Shown: positions 18,094 to 27,204, counted from the stretch's first letter. The stretch is 52,281 bases of DNA from Planctomycetota bacterium (GCA_038227875.1 JBBRPR010000058.1:1-52281), one strand, 5' to 3'. The notes: a model not told the origin generated them from the sequence alone. A program made the numbers and translations.

Positions 18094-18732
18094 ATGCCCA
18101 ACAATGAAGAAAAAGAAAAGAAGCCAGTGCCAAGAGACCCCTTCGAAGCCTTGCATTTCATGGCCGACAAAAGGACAGACGACGGAAAAGTAATCGCAGC
18201 AGAATTCGACGCCACCTACCACGACCGCGACGGCAATGAATATCCAGCCCACATCCAGCACCTGGAGCCCCATTCTTCCGGCCGCGAATCCGAACCGCTC
18301 TTCCGTGTCTATGTGAACGCCGATAACGTCGAAACCGTCTTCAAAGTCAGCCACCACGAGGCCGGAAGAGAAAGCGCATACTTCTGGAAACTTCACCACA
18401 ATCCCGACGGCACCCATCGCCAGGAAAAAATCAGCGCCGAAGCGGCAAAAGAGCTCTGCGCCGATTGCCAGGAATACAAATGCCTGCTCTACCTGCCCAA
18501 ATCAATGCCGCACGTGCTCGCCGCCGACAGTCACGAACCGTACGCCCAGACCATCAAAATTCCCGTCGTCGATCTGATCGTCAACTTCAGCACCAAACAC
18601 ACCATCAAGCTCAACCACGTCGGCAACGTCCGCCCCGCCCGCCACGCCGTCGCCCGCATCGGCGAAACGCGCATGCCCTGCTACTCCGTAAAACGCGAAC
18701 CCGCAGCGAAAACTCCCGACGCAAAAAAGTAG
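18094..18732 (+). CDS. hypothetical cluster protein
   Basis: GAAAGG RBS; the ORF-track 5' extension is repeat-derived. Confidence 0.65.
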   Translation: MPNNEEKEKKPVPRDPFEALHFMADKRTDDGKVIAAEFDATYHDRDGNEYPAHIQHLEPHSSGRESEPLFRVYVNADNVETVFKVSHHEAGRESAYFWKLHHNPDGTHRQEKISAEAAKELCADCQEYKCLLYLPKSMPHVLAADSHEPYAQTIKIPVVDLIVNFSTKHTIKLNHVGNVRPARHAVARIGETRMPCYSVKREPAAKTPDAKK

Positions 18733-18780
18733 ACGCACCAAACCACGATCCGCACCCGCACGAATTAGAAAGGAACAACC

Positions 18781-19314
18781 ATGTCCTCCGGTGCCATCAC
18801 CGAAACCGCCCAGGATTTCCTCGGCGCCAAAACCTTCCAGGCTGGCAACGCCGCCAGCGGCCACAATACCGCCGGCCTGATCAACATTCAGCCCGCCGCG
18901 TCCGGCACGGGAGCCGACACGACCGAAGACACGCTCTATTCGTACACGCTCCCTGCCAACGCCTTTTCCCAGAACGGCAAAGCCGTCCGCATCCGCGTCT
19001 GGGGTACGACCGGCGCCACTGCCAACAACAAAACCGTAAAGCTCTACTTCGGATCCTCGATCGTCTTTACTTCCGCGACCAGCGCCGCCAACAACGTCCC
19101 CTGGTATTTCGACATGATCGTCGCGAAAAATGGCTCCAATACCCAATTCGCCCAAATCAGCGGCACGTGGAACGGCGCCCTCCAGGCCACGCAGATTTTC
19201 AACGGCACCGAAACCGACAGCGCCAACATCCTGATCAAATGCACCGGCACCAACGGCACCGCCGTAGCCAACGACGTCGCAGCCAAATGCTTCATGGTCG
19301 AATTCTTGAATTAG
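18781..19314 (+). CDS. putative virion decoration/structural protein
   Basis: Beta-rich, T/A/N/G-rich; post-capsid position; AAAGGA RBS. Confidence 0.55.
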   Translation: MSSGAITETAQDFLGAKTFQAGNAASGHNTAGLINIQPAASGTGADTTEDTLYSYTLPANAFSQNGKAVRIRVWGTTGATANNKTVKLYFGSSIVFTSATSAANNVPWYFDMIVAKNGSNTQFAQISGTWNGALQATQIFNGTETDSANILIKCTGTNGTAVANDVAAKCFMVEFLN

Positions 19315-19354
19315 TAGATATGCCCACACATGTTCCCTTGGAGTTACAATTCCC

Positions 19355-19666
19355 ATGGCCAGCTACACCATCGCCGCACAATTCACGACCATTTCCATCA
19401 CCACCGCCGGCGACGACATCACGCCGCGTGGAGTCTGGTTGCGCGCCAAGAATCTCGGAGCCAATCAAGTGAGCTACTCCGAACTTGCCGCGCCGACGTC
19501 CGGAGCTGCCGCCGCCGGCAATCAAAGCACATTGCTCCCCGCCGCCAGCGGCGGCAAAGCCGACGAAGTCCTGATCCAACCCTTCCAAAAAATGTTCTTC
19601 AAAGCCAACACCGGCGCGACCCTGCTCGCGTTCGAAGAGCTCTATTCGCTCCCCCAAAAAGCCTGA
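19355..19666 (+). CDS. putative small virion structural protein
   Basis: 103 aa, beta-rich; GGAG RBS. Confidence 0.55.
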   Translation: MASYTIAAQFTTISITTAGDDITPRGVWLRAKNLGANQVSYSELAAPTSGAAAAGNQSTLLPAASGGKADEVLIQPFQKMFFKANTGATLLAFEELYSLPQKA

Positions 19667-19705
19667 CCCATTCTCATGTCCAATGGACCCGCGACCGCAC
19701 ACTCC

Positions 19706-19750
19706 CGTTCCCCCTCGCCCCTCTGGGGAGAAGCGTTAGGGGTGAGGGGC
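19706..19750. repeat. REP-like palindrome CCCCTCGCCCCT..GGGGAGA..AGGGGTGAGGGG
   Basis: Self-complementary intergenic element. Confidence 0.55.
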
Positions 19751-19787
19751 GCTCGCGCAGAAACCGCAATTTAGTATGGAGCATCCC

Positions 19788-19988
19788 ATGACCGAACCCG
19801 GAGAAGTCACCATCGGCCAACGCTTCAAAGGCCTGGAGAAACGCATGGACAACGTCGAAAACCGCATCGTCGAGATGCGTCTGGAGCAGGCCCGCCAGCA
19901 ATTGAAACTCGCCATCGCCGTCGGCATCGCCAACCTGATCGCCTTCGGCATCGTCGAATACCTCGCCCTCTGGCTCCACAAGAACTAA
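19788..19988 (+). CDS. small coiled-coil + C-terminal TM protein (XhlA/holin-like)
   Basis: LEKRMDNVENRI coiled coil followed by a hydrophobic helix. Confidence 0.5.
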   Translation: MTEPGEVTIGQRFKGLEKRMDNVENRIVEMRLEQARQQLKLAIAVGIANLIAFGIVEYLALWLHKN

Positions 19989-20047
19989 TCAAAATCAATC
20001 GCCGGGTGCGAGAGACGCACCGAGTTTGAAATTTGGAAAGCTGTTGT

Positions 20048-20083
20048 GTGCCACTGGTGGCTGGCAGTTCAGCCACCAGTGCC
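20048..20083. repeat. inverted repeat CACTGGTGGCTG-GCAGTT-CAGCCACCAGTG
   Basis: 12-bp perfect stem, intergenic (REP-like). Confidence 0.7.
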
Positions 20084-20177
20084 GACCTCGCGAATAGAGT
20101 CGCCGTTCGATGCGCCCCGATCGCCCGCCCACTCCGCATTCATCAATCATCACTCATAATTTTCAAAGGAGTCCCCC

Positions 20178-20558
20178 GTGACTTGGATCGACCTGCTCAC
20201 ATCCCCCGCCGGCCTGACGCTACTCGCTACCGCCGCCGCCTACGGACTCGTCGCGCTCTTCCACCTGTTGCAGAACCATTTCCACATCGACGCCACCCGC
20301 TGGACCGGCCTGATCGCCGACGCCTACAACTTCGCCGAAAAGGAAGGCCTGCTCCACGGCCTGGACAGTTCCGGAAAACTCAGCGCCGCGCTCGCCCGTT
20401 TCGCCGACCAATTCCAAAAAGTCTACACCAACCAACCCACACTCGAAGACATCACCGACGCGACATTGGATTTAGCCAAACTCGCCTTCCAATCCAAATT
20501 CGCCCCAGTTCCAACCACCCCCATCACCACAACATCCTCAGCACCCCCCTTGAACTAA
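20178..20558 (+). CDS. putative holin (LL-H-like)
   Basis: One N-terminal TM, then GLIADAYNFAEKEG..GKLSAAL, matching the LL-H holin A..AE...G..K...A pattern; AAGGAG RBS, GTG start. Confidence 0.55.
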   Translation: MTWIDLLTSPAGLTLLATAAAYGLVALFHLLQNHFHIDATRWTGLIADAYNFAEKEGLLHGLDSSGKLSAALARFADQFQKVYTNQPTLEDITDATLDLAKLAFQSKFAPVPTTPITTTSSAPPLN

Positions 20559-20682
20559 CCCCGCCGCTCCCGGCAATGGAAAATGAAAAATCGAAAATGG
20601 AAAATAAATAACCGATCCAATTCCATAACGACCTCTTCGAATTCGACATTCGACATTCCCAATTCCCACAAGGGTCTCCCCC

Positions 20683-20904
20683 GTGTCCACGCTCTCCCAA
20701 CTGTTCGCCGGCGGTCTGCTCGGAATCGGTACGCTCCTGATGATCTGGTCGAAGCTGCGCGACGCGGATGTACAACGCGCGCGCGCCGACTCGCTCGCCA
20801 GTTGGATCGGCGGGCGCCAGGACGCGGACGCCGCGCAGACCGCCGCGACCTCCTCCGCCCACGCCGCCGCGCAAAACGCCGGCGCCAACCCTCTCGATTG
20901 GTGA
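20683..20904 (+). CDS. small single-TM protein (i-spanin-like position)
   Basis: N-terminal TM followed by an Ala-rich helical tail. Confidence 0.45.
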   Translation: MSTLSQLFAGGLLGIGTLLMIWSKLRDADVQRARADSLASWIGGRQDADAAQTAATSSAHAAAQNAGANPLDW

Positions 20905-20908
20905 TCCC

Positions 20909-21550
20909 ATGAAAAAATCGCTTCTGCTCGCCCTGCTTGTTGTCGCCAATTCCATGCTCGCTGCGCAATTCGACGAATCCGTCCTGCGCGTGAAAATCTC
21001 CGAACCCGACGAACCGCAACTCGCCGGCTGGGGCTCCGCCGTCGCCATCGATCTCTCCGAATTCGGACTGAACGGCGATCACTATTTGCTCAGCGCCGCC
21101 CATGTCGTCCGAGGCAGCGCGCGCATCCAGGTGGAACTGAACGAAAAATGGTCCGATGCCGAAGTTCTCTTCGAAGACGAAGACTACGACATCTGCATCC
21201 TCAAAACCGCCGCACACGTCAAGCCGCTGGCACTCGATTCGGATATATCCAAAAGCCTGACGAGCATCGGATTCAAATGAGGCAAAAGTCCCGTCGCCGT
21301 GAGCAGCGGCCCCTGTACCGCCAAATCCACCAATCACAACAAAGCCCAATGGCGCGCCGCGCTCTCCATTGCGCCGGGGTGCAGCGGTGGAGCCATCCTC
21401 AGCGAGTCCGGCCACGTGGCCGGCATCGTGATCGCCGGCGCCGCCGACGAAAAAGGAAACATGCGCGACGACATCACCATCTTCGTCCCGTGCACGATCG
21501 TGCGGCAATGGCTCAAGGAGGTTTTGAAAGCGGAAGGATGCCGAAAATGA
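20909..21550 (+). pseudogene. secreted trypsin-like serine protease interrupted by an in-frame TGA (21278-21280)
   Basis: Signal peptide, LSAAHVV (His) and DICIL (Asp) before the TGA; APGCSGGA (Ser) after it, in the same frame. Confidence 0.75.
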
Positions 21551-21870
21551 AAATTCGATACAAATTCGCCGCGTTGAGTTTGGTTCTGCTACTCAGTGGT
21601 TGCAGCGACGCCAAAAGCTTCGGCGTCGGCCCCTGGCCCGTCTACGCCGAACCTCCGCCGCTCCAATTTACGTCCACCGAGCAGGCCGAACTCGAATCGT
21701 TCGCCCGCGACCACGCCGCGCTCTTCAAACGCATCCAAGGCCAGGCACACAGCTACCGCGCGATCGTCCAGGAGCACAACAAACGCGCCAAAGAGATGAA
21801 CCTGTGCCAACTCAAAGCACTCGGCTTCGACGAAGACTCCCTGCGCAAAACCATGGAACAGGCGAATTAA
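21547..21870 (+). CDS. lipoprotein (o-spanin-like position)
   Basis: MKIRYKFAALSLVLLLSG-C lipobox, Pro-rich N-terminal part; overlaps the protease stop. Confidence 0.6.
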   Translation: MKIRYKFAALSLVLLLSGCSDAKSFGVGPWPVYAEPPPLQFTSTEQAELESFARDHAALFKRIQGQAHSYRAIVQEHNKRAKEMNLCQLKALGFDEDSLRKTMEQAN

Positions 21871-21962
21871 AAAAATGTGCCATGGATGTGCGAAACTTAG
21901 AGCGCAGCGAAAAGTTTCGCTCATCCGTGCGTTGCGCGCACCAATCCGCCCGCCCCTCGTAA

Positions 21963-22003
21963 ATGGAAAATGAAAAATCGAAAATGGAAAATGGAAAATA
22001 GAA
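21963..22003. repeat. ATGGAAA heptamer array
   Basis: ATGGAAAATGAAAAATCGAAAATGGAAAAT, with the same variant order as at 20577-20606. Confidence 0.8.
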
Positions 22004-22013
22004 AGGCCCCACC

Positions 22014-22421
22014 ATGGCATCCCCGCTAACCGCCGACGAAACCACGCGCGTCTTCAAAATCTTCGGCATCCCCCAAAACGGCACAGGCTTCGTCGCCGGC
22101 CGCATCATCTCGCTCTACGGCCCCGCCGGAAACGTCTACGACTTCACCGCGCTCGTCTCGCAGCTCAACGCGCTCCTCAACGCCGTGACCGCCACGCAAT
22201 ACACCCAAATCCAGAACCAACTCGCCGAATGGGAGAACATCACCGATTATTCCGAACTATCCGTCAACGCCGACGCCAGCACCACCGGCCGTCTCGTCGA
22301 CCACGAAAAACGCCGCCGCAACATCCGCCGCACACTTTCCAATCTCATCGGCTTCTTCGTCCCCGCCGACGGCTTCTTCACCGACGCCAGCGCCGCGACA
22401 GGACCGCGCATCGTTCGATAA
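22014..22421 (+). CDS. putative head-tail adaptor protein
   Basis: 135 aa, helical; assigned by position only. Confidence 0.45.
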   Translation: MASPLTADETTRVFKIFGIPQNGTGFVAGRIISLYGPAGNVYDFTALVSQLNALLNAVTATQYTQIQNQLAEWENITDYSELSVNADASTTGRLVDHEKRRRNIRRTLSNLIGFFVPADGFFTDASAATGPRIVR

Positions 22422-22471
22422 ATTCGAATCAATTCTCATTTAATTCCAAATGAAGTAGGTACTTCAACGTC

Positions 22472-22553
22472 TTCGACATTCGACATTCGACATTCGACAT
22501 TCGACATTCGACATTCGACATTCGACCTTCGACATTCGCGACATTCGACATTC
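22472..22553. repeat. (TTCGACA)n heptamer array directly before an RBS
   Basis: About 11 units ending at CCAGGATCCTCCCCATG. Confidence 0.95.
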
Positions 22554-22566
22554 CAGGATCCTCCCC

Positions 22567-22962
22567 ATGCCCACAAATCCTGCAGACCAGATCAGCATCG
22601 GCCGAGCCCTCGCGCGCCTGGGCGTGGCGAAGGCGTTCCGCACCACGGTCCAGTTCTCCCACCGCGGCGCCACGCCGATCACGCTCGCCGCGCGGATCGT
22701 CCGCGACGCCAACGACGTCCGCAAAGACGTCCGCGGCATCGCCACCGAGCAGCGCACACTCACGCTGCTGCTCACCGCCAACCAACCCGGCTTCCAACCG
22801 CCCGCCGCCGACCCCGAAGCCGTCCTCCCCGGCGACACGCTGGTCGTTTCCAAATACGCCAACCGCACCTACCAGGTCGTCGCCCCCATCGACCTCGACG
22901 CCGGAGGGCGGGTGTATACACTGCGGTTGGTTGAAAAGAAACGCTTGTCTAGCGGATCGTGA
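22567..22962 (+). CDS. putative head-closure (stopper) protein
   Basis: 131 aa, beta-rich; PGDTLVV..RTYQV..YTLRL resembles head-tail joining proteins. Confidence 0.5.
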   Translation: MPTNPADQISIGRALARLGVAKAFRTTVQFSHRGATPITLAARIVRDANDVRKDVRGIATEQRTLTLLLTANQPGFQPPAADPEAVLPGDTLVVSKYANRTYQVVAPIDLDAGGRVYTLRLVEKKRLSSGS

Positions 22963-22984
22963 TCTTCGAAAGAGAGAGCGTTTC

Positions 22985-23177
22985 TATTGCGGATTTCGGA
23001 TTGCGGATTGCGGATTGCGGATTAGATTTGGATTATTTCTAAATGGAGTTAGCGCTATTCGTTAATAAGGCCAAACATTTCAAAATTATAGAGTCCTCCG
23101 GCACCAATCCAAATGCGCAAGCCTCTCCCTTGCGCATCCCCACCTAATCCGCAATCCGCAATCCGAAATCCGCAATA
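22985..23177. repeat. inverted GCGGATT / AATCCGC arrays flanking an ~120-bp spacer
   Basis: Left arm 22985-23025 is the reverse complement of 23144-23177 plus one extra unit. Confidence 0.9.
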
Positions 23178-23234
23178 AAGACAGTCAAGCCGTACGCCCA
23201 TTCCGCTCAAACACAATTCAAGGACAGACACCCC

Positions 23235-23708
23235 ATGCCCTCCGGCACCACCCTCCCCACCAAAACGCTCGACCGCATCGTCGCAATCGCGAGCGCCACC
23301 AGCGGAATCACCTCCGCCCGCGTCGCGCACGGTTACACGCGCTACGCCGACAGCGATAATCTGGAAGCGCTAGTCGCCGCGCTCACGCCGGAAACCCAAG
23401 GCTACTTCAGCGCCTGGCTCAAAGACGTCACGCTCGCCGAATACGAAGTCTTCCCCGCAAAAATCGTCGGCGAATTGCTGGTCGCCGTCCCGAAGGACAC
23501 CACGACCGACCTCAACGCCGCGTGGGACTTCGCGATCAACTTCGCCTCGAATCTCGCCGCCGACGCCAATTACCTCGCCGGGGAAGCCAAACCTATGCGC
23601 ATCAGCTTCAATCTCCACGCCATCGATACAATTACGCGCCAAGGCATCGCGATCTTCGATTTCGGAGCCTACGGAAAGGGCGGCATCGAATTTCCGGGAT
23701 GTAATTAA
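23235..23708 (+). CDS. putative tail terminator/completion protein
   Basis: 157 aa; alpha/beta pattern and position before the tube-like gene. Confidence 0.45.
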   Translation: MPSGTTLPTKTLDRIVAIASATSGITSARVAHGYTRYADSDNLEALVAALTPETQGYFSAWLKDVTLAEYEVFPAKIVGELLVAVPKDTTTDLNAAWDFAINFASNLAADANYLAGEAKPMRISFNLHAIDTITRQGIAIFDFGAYGKGGIEFPGCN

Positions 23709-23751
23709 GAATTAAAAATTCAACAATTAGAATTACGAGACGGAGTCGACA

Positions 23752-24144
23752 ATGCCCGCAACATTTTACCTCAATTCCGCCACATGGAATTCAATTACGT
23801 TCAACAGCGCCAGCGGCGGCCCAATTCGCGGCGACTATTCCCATTCCGGCGAACCCTTTGAACAGCGCACGGGCGGCAGCGACTACGCGCCGTTTCTCGC
23901 CGTGCTCAACAAGCGCCTGAAAATCCGCCTGCGCGTCCGCGACGTGAAACAGATCGCCGCGCTCGGCACCAAATCGAATCTCGCCATGACGCTCAGCGGC
24001 CGCGCCGGCACCGTCACCATCAACGCCGCGAACATGGTGCTGATCGGCATCGAGCCCGCCGATCAGCCGCGAGCCGAATCCGGAAGCGCGATCCTCGTCT
24101 TCCAGCACGAAAGCGCCGACGGCACCACGGTCCCAATCTCATAG
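23752..24144 (+). CDS. putative tail-tube-like protein
   Basis: 130 aa, alternating beta-strand pattern; GGAG RBS; position. Confidence 0.45.
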   Translation: MPATFYLNSATWNSITFNSASGGPIRGDYSHSGEPFEQRTGGSDYAPFLAVLNKRLKIRLRVRDVKQIAALGTKSNLAMTLSGRAGTVTINAANMVLIGIEPADQPRAESGSAILVFQHESADGTTVPIS

Positions 24145-24157
24145 AAGAAATTCGACC

Positions 24158-24397
24158 ATGTACGACCAGGCCGCCTACATGCGCGCCGCGATTCTCGCGC
24201 AGATCCCCGTCGACCCAACCGCGTGGGACGAACTCACGCTGCGCGCCGTCTTCCACATCCTCTCCGCGCCGCCGATCACGTTCGAAGAATGGCTCGCCCG
24301 CATGCTCGCCACGCCGCCGCAAGAAGATGCCGTCAACGCCAACGAGCGCTTCATCGCCTTCGCCCGCGAACTCTCCGACCTTCTCAACATCAATTAG
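24158..24397 (+). CDS. small helical protein (tail chaperone position)
   Basis: 79 aa with cluster-like codon usage. Confidence 0.45.
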   Translation: MYDQAAYMRAAILAQIPVDPTAWDELTLRAVFHILSAPPITFEEWLARMLATPPQEDAVNANERFIAFARELSDLLNIN

Positions 24398-24405
24398 GAG
24401 CACCC

Positions 24406-24594
24406 ATGGAAATCTCAACAAATCCCCACGACTCCCGATCCGACCCACCCATCGATCCCATCGAATACAACCCAAATATCAATTCAGAGCTCCCCGACAT
24501 CGAAGAACTAATCAAAATTCGAACCCACGAATCCTTTCTTCGCACCCTGGAAAAAAAATATCTAAATTCATTGCAACAATGGAATAAATCCTAA
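24406..24594 (+). CDS. small hypothetical protein (62 aa)
   Basis: AGGAG RBS overlapping the previous stop; MEISTNPHDSRS... Confidence 0.45.
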   Translation: MEISTNPHDSRSDPPIDPIEYNPNINSELPDIEELIKIRTHESFLRTLEKKYLNSLQQWNKS

Positions 24595-24603
24595 CTCCGC
24601 TTC

Positions 24604-24654
24604 TCGACATTCGACATTCGACATTCGACATTCGACATTCGACATTCGACATTC
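24604..24654. repeat. (TCGACAT)7 array directly before an RBS
   Basis: Followed by CGAGGACCAACATG. Confidence 0.95.
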
Positions 24655-24665
24655 CGAGGACCAAC

Positions 24666-25079
24666 ATGGCCTTCACCTTCACCATCGCCGGAAAAACCTT
24701 CGGCGCACTGACGAGTTCCAACGGCGCCTACGCGCTCAGCGCCATCGTCGAATCCGGCCGCTACGATATCATCCGCTACCACGTCAAAGGCGTCGACGGC
24801 TCCTACCTGACGCGCGGCGGTTTGATCGGCTACACGCTTCGCCTGCGCATGCGTTACATCAGCACCACGCCGTACGCCGATCTCGCCGCCGATCAGAGCG
24901 CCTGGGAGAACACCGCCGTCACGATCGCCGAACCCGGCGGCCACACCTACACGCGCTGCAGCTTGAACCCCGGCGCGATGCGTGTCATCCGCGACGCCAC
25001 CGCGATGGGCCGCGGCATCGCCAACCAACAATTCCTCGACGCCGAAGCCACCTTCACCTGCGACGGACAAAAGACATAA
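24666..25079 (+). CDS. putative distal-tail/tube-fold protein
   Basis: 137 aa, beta-rich; GAGGA RBS; position. Confidence 0.45.
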   Translation: MAFTFTIAGKTFGALTSSNGAYALSAIVESGRYDIIRYHVKGVDGSYLTRGGLIGYTLRLRMRYISTTPYADLAADQSAWENTAVTIAEPGGHTYTRCSLNPGAMRVIRDATAMGRGIANQQFLDAEATFTCDGQKT

Positions 25080-25182
25080 ATCAAAACGCAAAGCGCCCCC
25101 GTTAAATGAAAAATGAAAAACACCAATCTCCAATGACCAATGACTCCGTTCCCCTTTTCTTCTCTGAGAGCCCCGTCTAACA

Positions 25183-27006
25183 ATGAGCTTACTGACTCCC
25201 GCCGCAACAAAGAGCCAGCCCTTCTTCGAAGGCGCCACCGGCCTCCGCCAGCACGACAACGCTTCCGACAACCTCGTCGCCGGAACGTACGCGCACAACC
25301 CGCTCGAAGCATCCGCGACAGAAGCCGACGAATGGACGTCGATCCTTCTCTATCTGTTCCAGGTCGCTAAAGCCGGTGGCGGCGCGATCGCAGTGCGCAA
25401 CACGACCGGCGGAGTCCTCAACGCCGGCCCCGTCAAAATCCTCACACCCGGTTTCGATGCCACCAACAGCGCGTTCTTGATTGGAGCCGCCGACGCCGCG
25501 GGCAACAATTCCGCCAACGCGCTGCTTCTGGCGAGCTTGCCGAATAATACAAACGGCGTCGCGTACTTGGGCGGCAGTTTCGTCGGCGCGATCGACACCA
25601 GCGCCTCGACGGTCGGCAACCCGGTCTACCTTGCCGTCGGTGGCGGCATGACGCTCAGCGCGCCCAGCGGCGCCGACCAGGTGCAGCAGGTGGTCGGCCG
25701 TGTTCAGGTCCTGGCCAATCCCGGCACCGTCTCCGGTCTGGTTCTCGCGCCGACAAAAATCGGGACGAGTTTCCATCAGGCGCTCTCAGTCACCAACGCG
25801 CTCATCGCCAACACCACGATCGATCTGACCGCGAAAGTCACCGGCCAGCTCCCCGTCCCGAACGGAGGAACCGGCGCTGCTTCATTGGGAACCAGCAAGC
25901 AACCCGTGCTCGAAAATGGCACCGGAGCGCTCACCACCATGGCCGCGCCGACGACCGCCGACGCCAACGCCGACGCCATCGCCGGCACTTCCGCCGCCGC
26001 GAAAAAAGCGCTCGTGCTACAAGCGTCCGCCTCACAGAGCGCCAATGTTTTCGAAATTCAAAACAGTTCCGGCATCGCTCAATTCGCGATCAGTCTGGGC
26101 TCGGCGACCGCCAGCGGACCCAACAACACCAACCTCGGTTCCAACGCGGGCGCGTCGCTGACCAGCGGTGGCAATAACACCAACGTCGGCGCCAGCGCCG
26201 GCAGCGTGTTGGCGAACGGATCGTATAATACAAATATCGGCGCGCTGGCCGGTTTCAATCTTTCTTCGGGAGCCAGCAACACACTGCTCGGAAAAAACGC
26301 CGCGCCAACGCTCACCACCGGTTCGTCGGACGTCGTCATCGGCGCAGATTCCGACGTGGCCGCCGCCGGCACCTCCAACGCCATCGTGATCGGCGGAGCG
26401 GCGAACGTGAAAGGCGCGTCGACGTCGATCACGATCTCGACGCAAGCCGTCAACACCGGCGTCACCAACGACCTGCTGATCGAATCCGGCGACGTCGGCC
26501 TGCGCCGCGTGGCCGCGAAAGTCTTGAAGCCCACCGACGGCGCCGGAAACTCCGGCTGGCTGCAAAACCCCGCCGGCTGCGTGCGCGCCACGGGCGACAC
26601 GTCGTTCACGAGCACCACGACGCTCGCCGCGCTCAACGGTCTGTCGTTCAGCCTTCAAGCCGGCCGCACGTATACCTTTCTAATTAAACTCTCCTGCAGT
26701 TACGCCACCGCCGGCGGCTTTCAAGTGGGCCTGGCCGGAACGGGCGGACTGACCGCGACGTCAATTCGAGCAAACTATTTGGAATATTCCAATTCCGCCG
26801 CACTCCTCTTCCAAACCGCGACCGCGCTGCCCACGTCCCAATCGTCAAGCGGCACCGGCACGCAAGGATTTATCGAAATCAACGGTACCATCACTGTAGC
26901 AAACGCCGGCACGCTAATCGTGCAAGGCGCTCAAGCCGCCTCAAATGGAACGCCGACGGTCTTCCAGCAATTCGGCTGCTACGGCTGGCTCCAAGATACG
27001 CCGTAA
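25183..27006 (+). CDS. tail-fibre-like protein
   Basis: VTGQLPVPNGGTGA fibre motif; repeated NTNxGAxAG beta-roll units; C-terminal beta sandwich. Confidence 0.7.
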   Translation: MSLLTPAATKSQPFFEGATGLRQHDNASDNLVAGTYAHNPLEASATEADEWTSILLYLFQVAKAGGGAIAVRNTTGGVLNAGPVKILTPGFDATNSAFLIGAADAAGNNSANALLLASLPNNTNGVAYLGGSFVGAIDTSASTVGNPVYLAVGGGMTLSAPSGADQVQQVVGRVQVLANPGTVSGLVLAPTKIGTSFHQALSVTNALIANTTIDLTAKVTGQLPVPNGGTGAASLGTSKQPVLENGTGALTTMAAPTTADANADAIAGTSAAAKKALVLQASASQSANVFEIQNSSGIAQFAISLGSATASGPNNTNLGSNAGASLTSGGNNTNVGASAGSVLANGSYNTNIGALAGFNLSSGASNTLLGKNAAPTLTTGSSDVVIGADSDVAAAGTSNAIVIGGAANVKGASTSITISTQAVNTGVTNDLLIESGDVGLRRVAAKVLKPTDGAGNSGWLQNPAGCVRATGDTSFTSTTTLAALNGLSFSLQAGRTYTFLIKLSCSYATAGGFQVGLAGTGGLTATSIRANYLEYSNSAALLFQTATALPTSQSSSGTGTQGFIEINGTITVANAGTLIVQGAQAASNGTPTVFQQFGCYGWLQDTP

Positions 27007-27008
27007 TT

Positions 27009-27184
27009 GTAGTCCGGGCGTCTCGCCCGGTCTAACTTCGCCCAGCGTGAACGATGTTGCAGGGTGGCACTCGTACTCTCCCGCGGCAGCAAATGCGTAT
27101 TTGCTTCGCGTCGGCACAGTCAATTTGACAAAATCACGCAATCGGTTTTCGCAGTGGTTAGACCGGGCGAGACGCCCGGACTAC
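27009..27184. repeat. GTAG-type REP doublet (REPIN-like)
   Basis: GTAGTCCGGGCGTCTCGCCCGGTCTAAC (27009-27036) and its perfect reverse complement (27157-27184). Confidence 0.85.
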
Positions 27185-27204
27185 AAAAAGCCAGGAGCCA
27201 TTCC

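Noticed and set aside
7850..21550. Genome-wide TGA recoding (genetic code 4/25) to explain two in-frame TGAs
   Set aside because: Many clear genes end at TGA, with ATGA coupling (e.g. 1240, 6196, 21547), so TGA is a normal stop
27064..27204. N-terminal extension of the FN3-like gene
   Set aside because: Lies within the REP doublet; a clear AGGAG RBS supports ATG 27205
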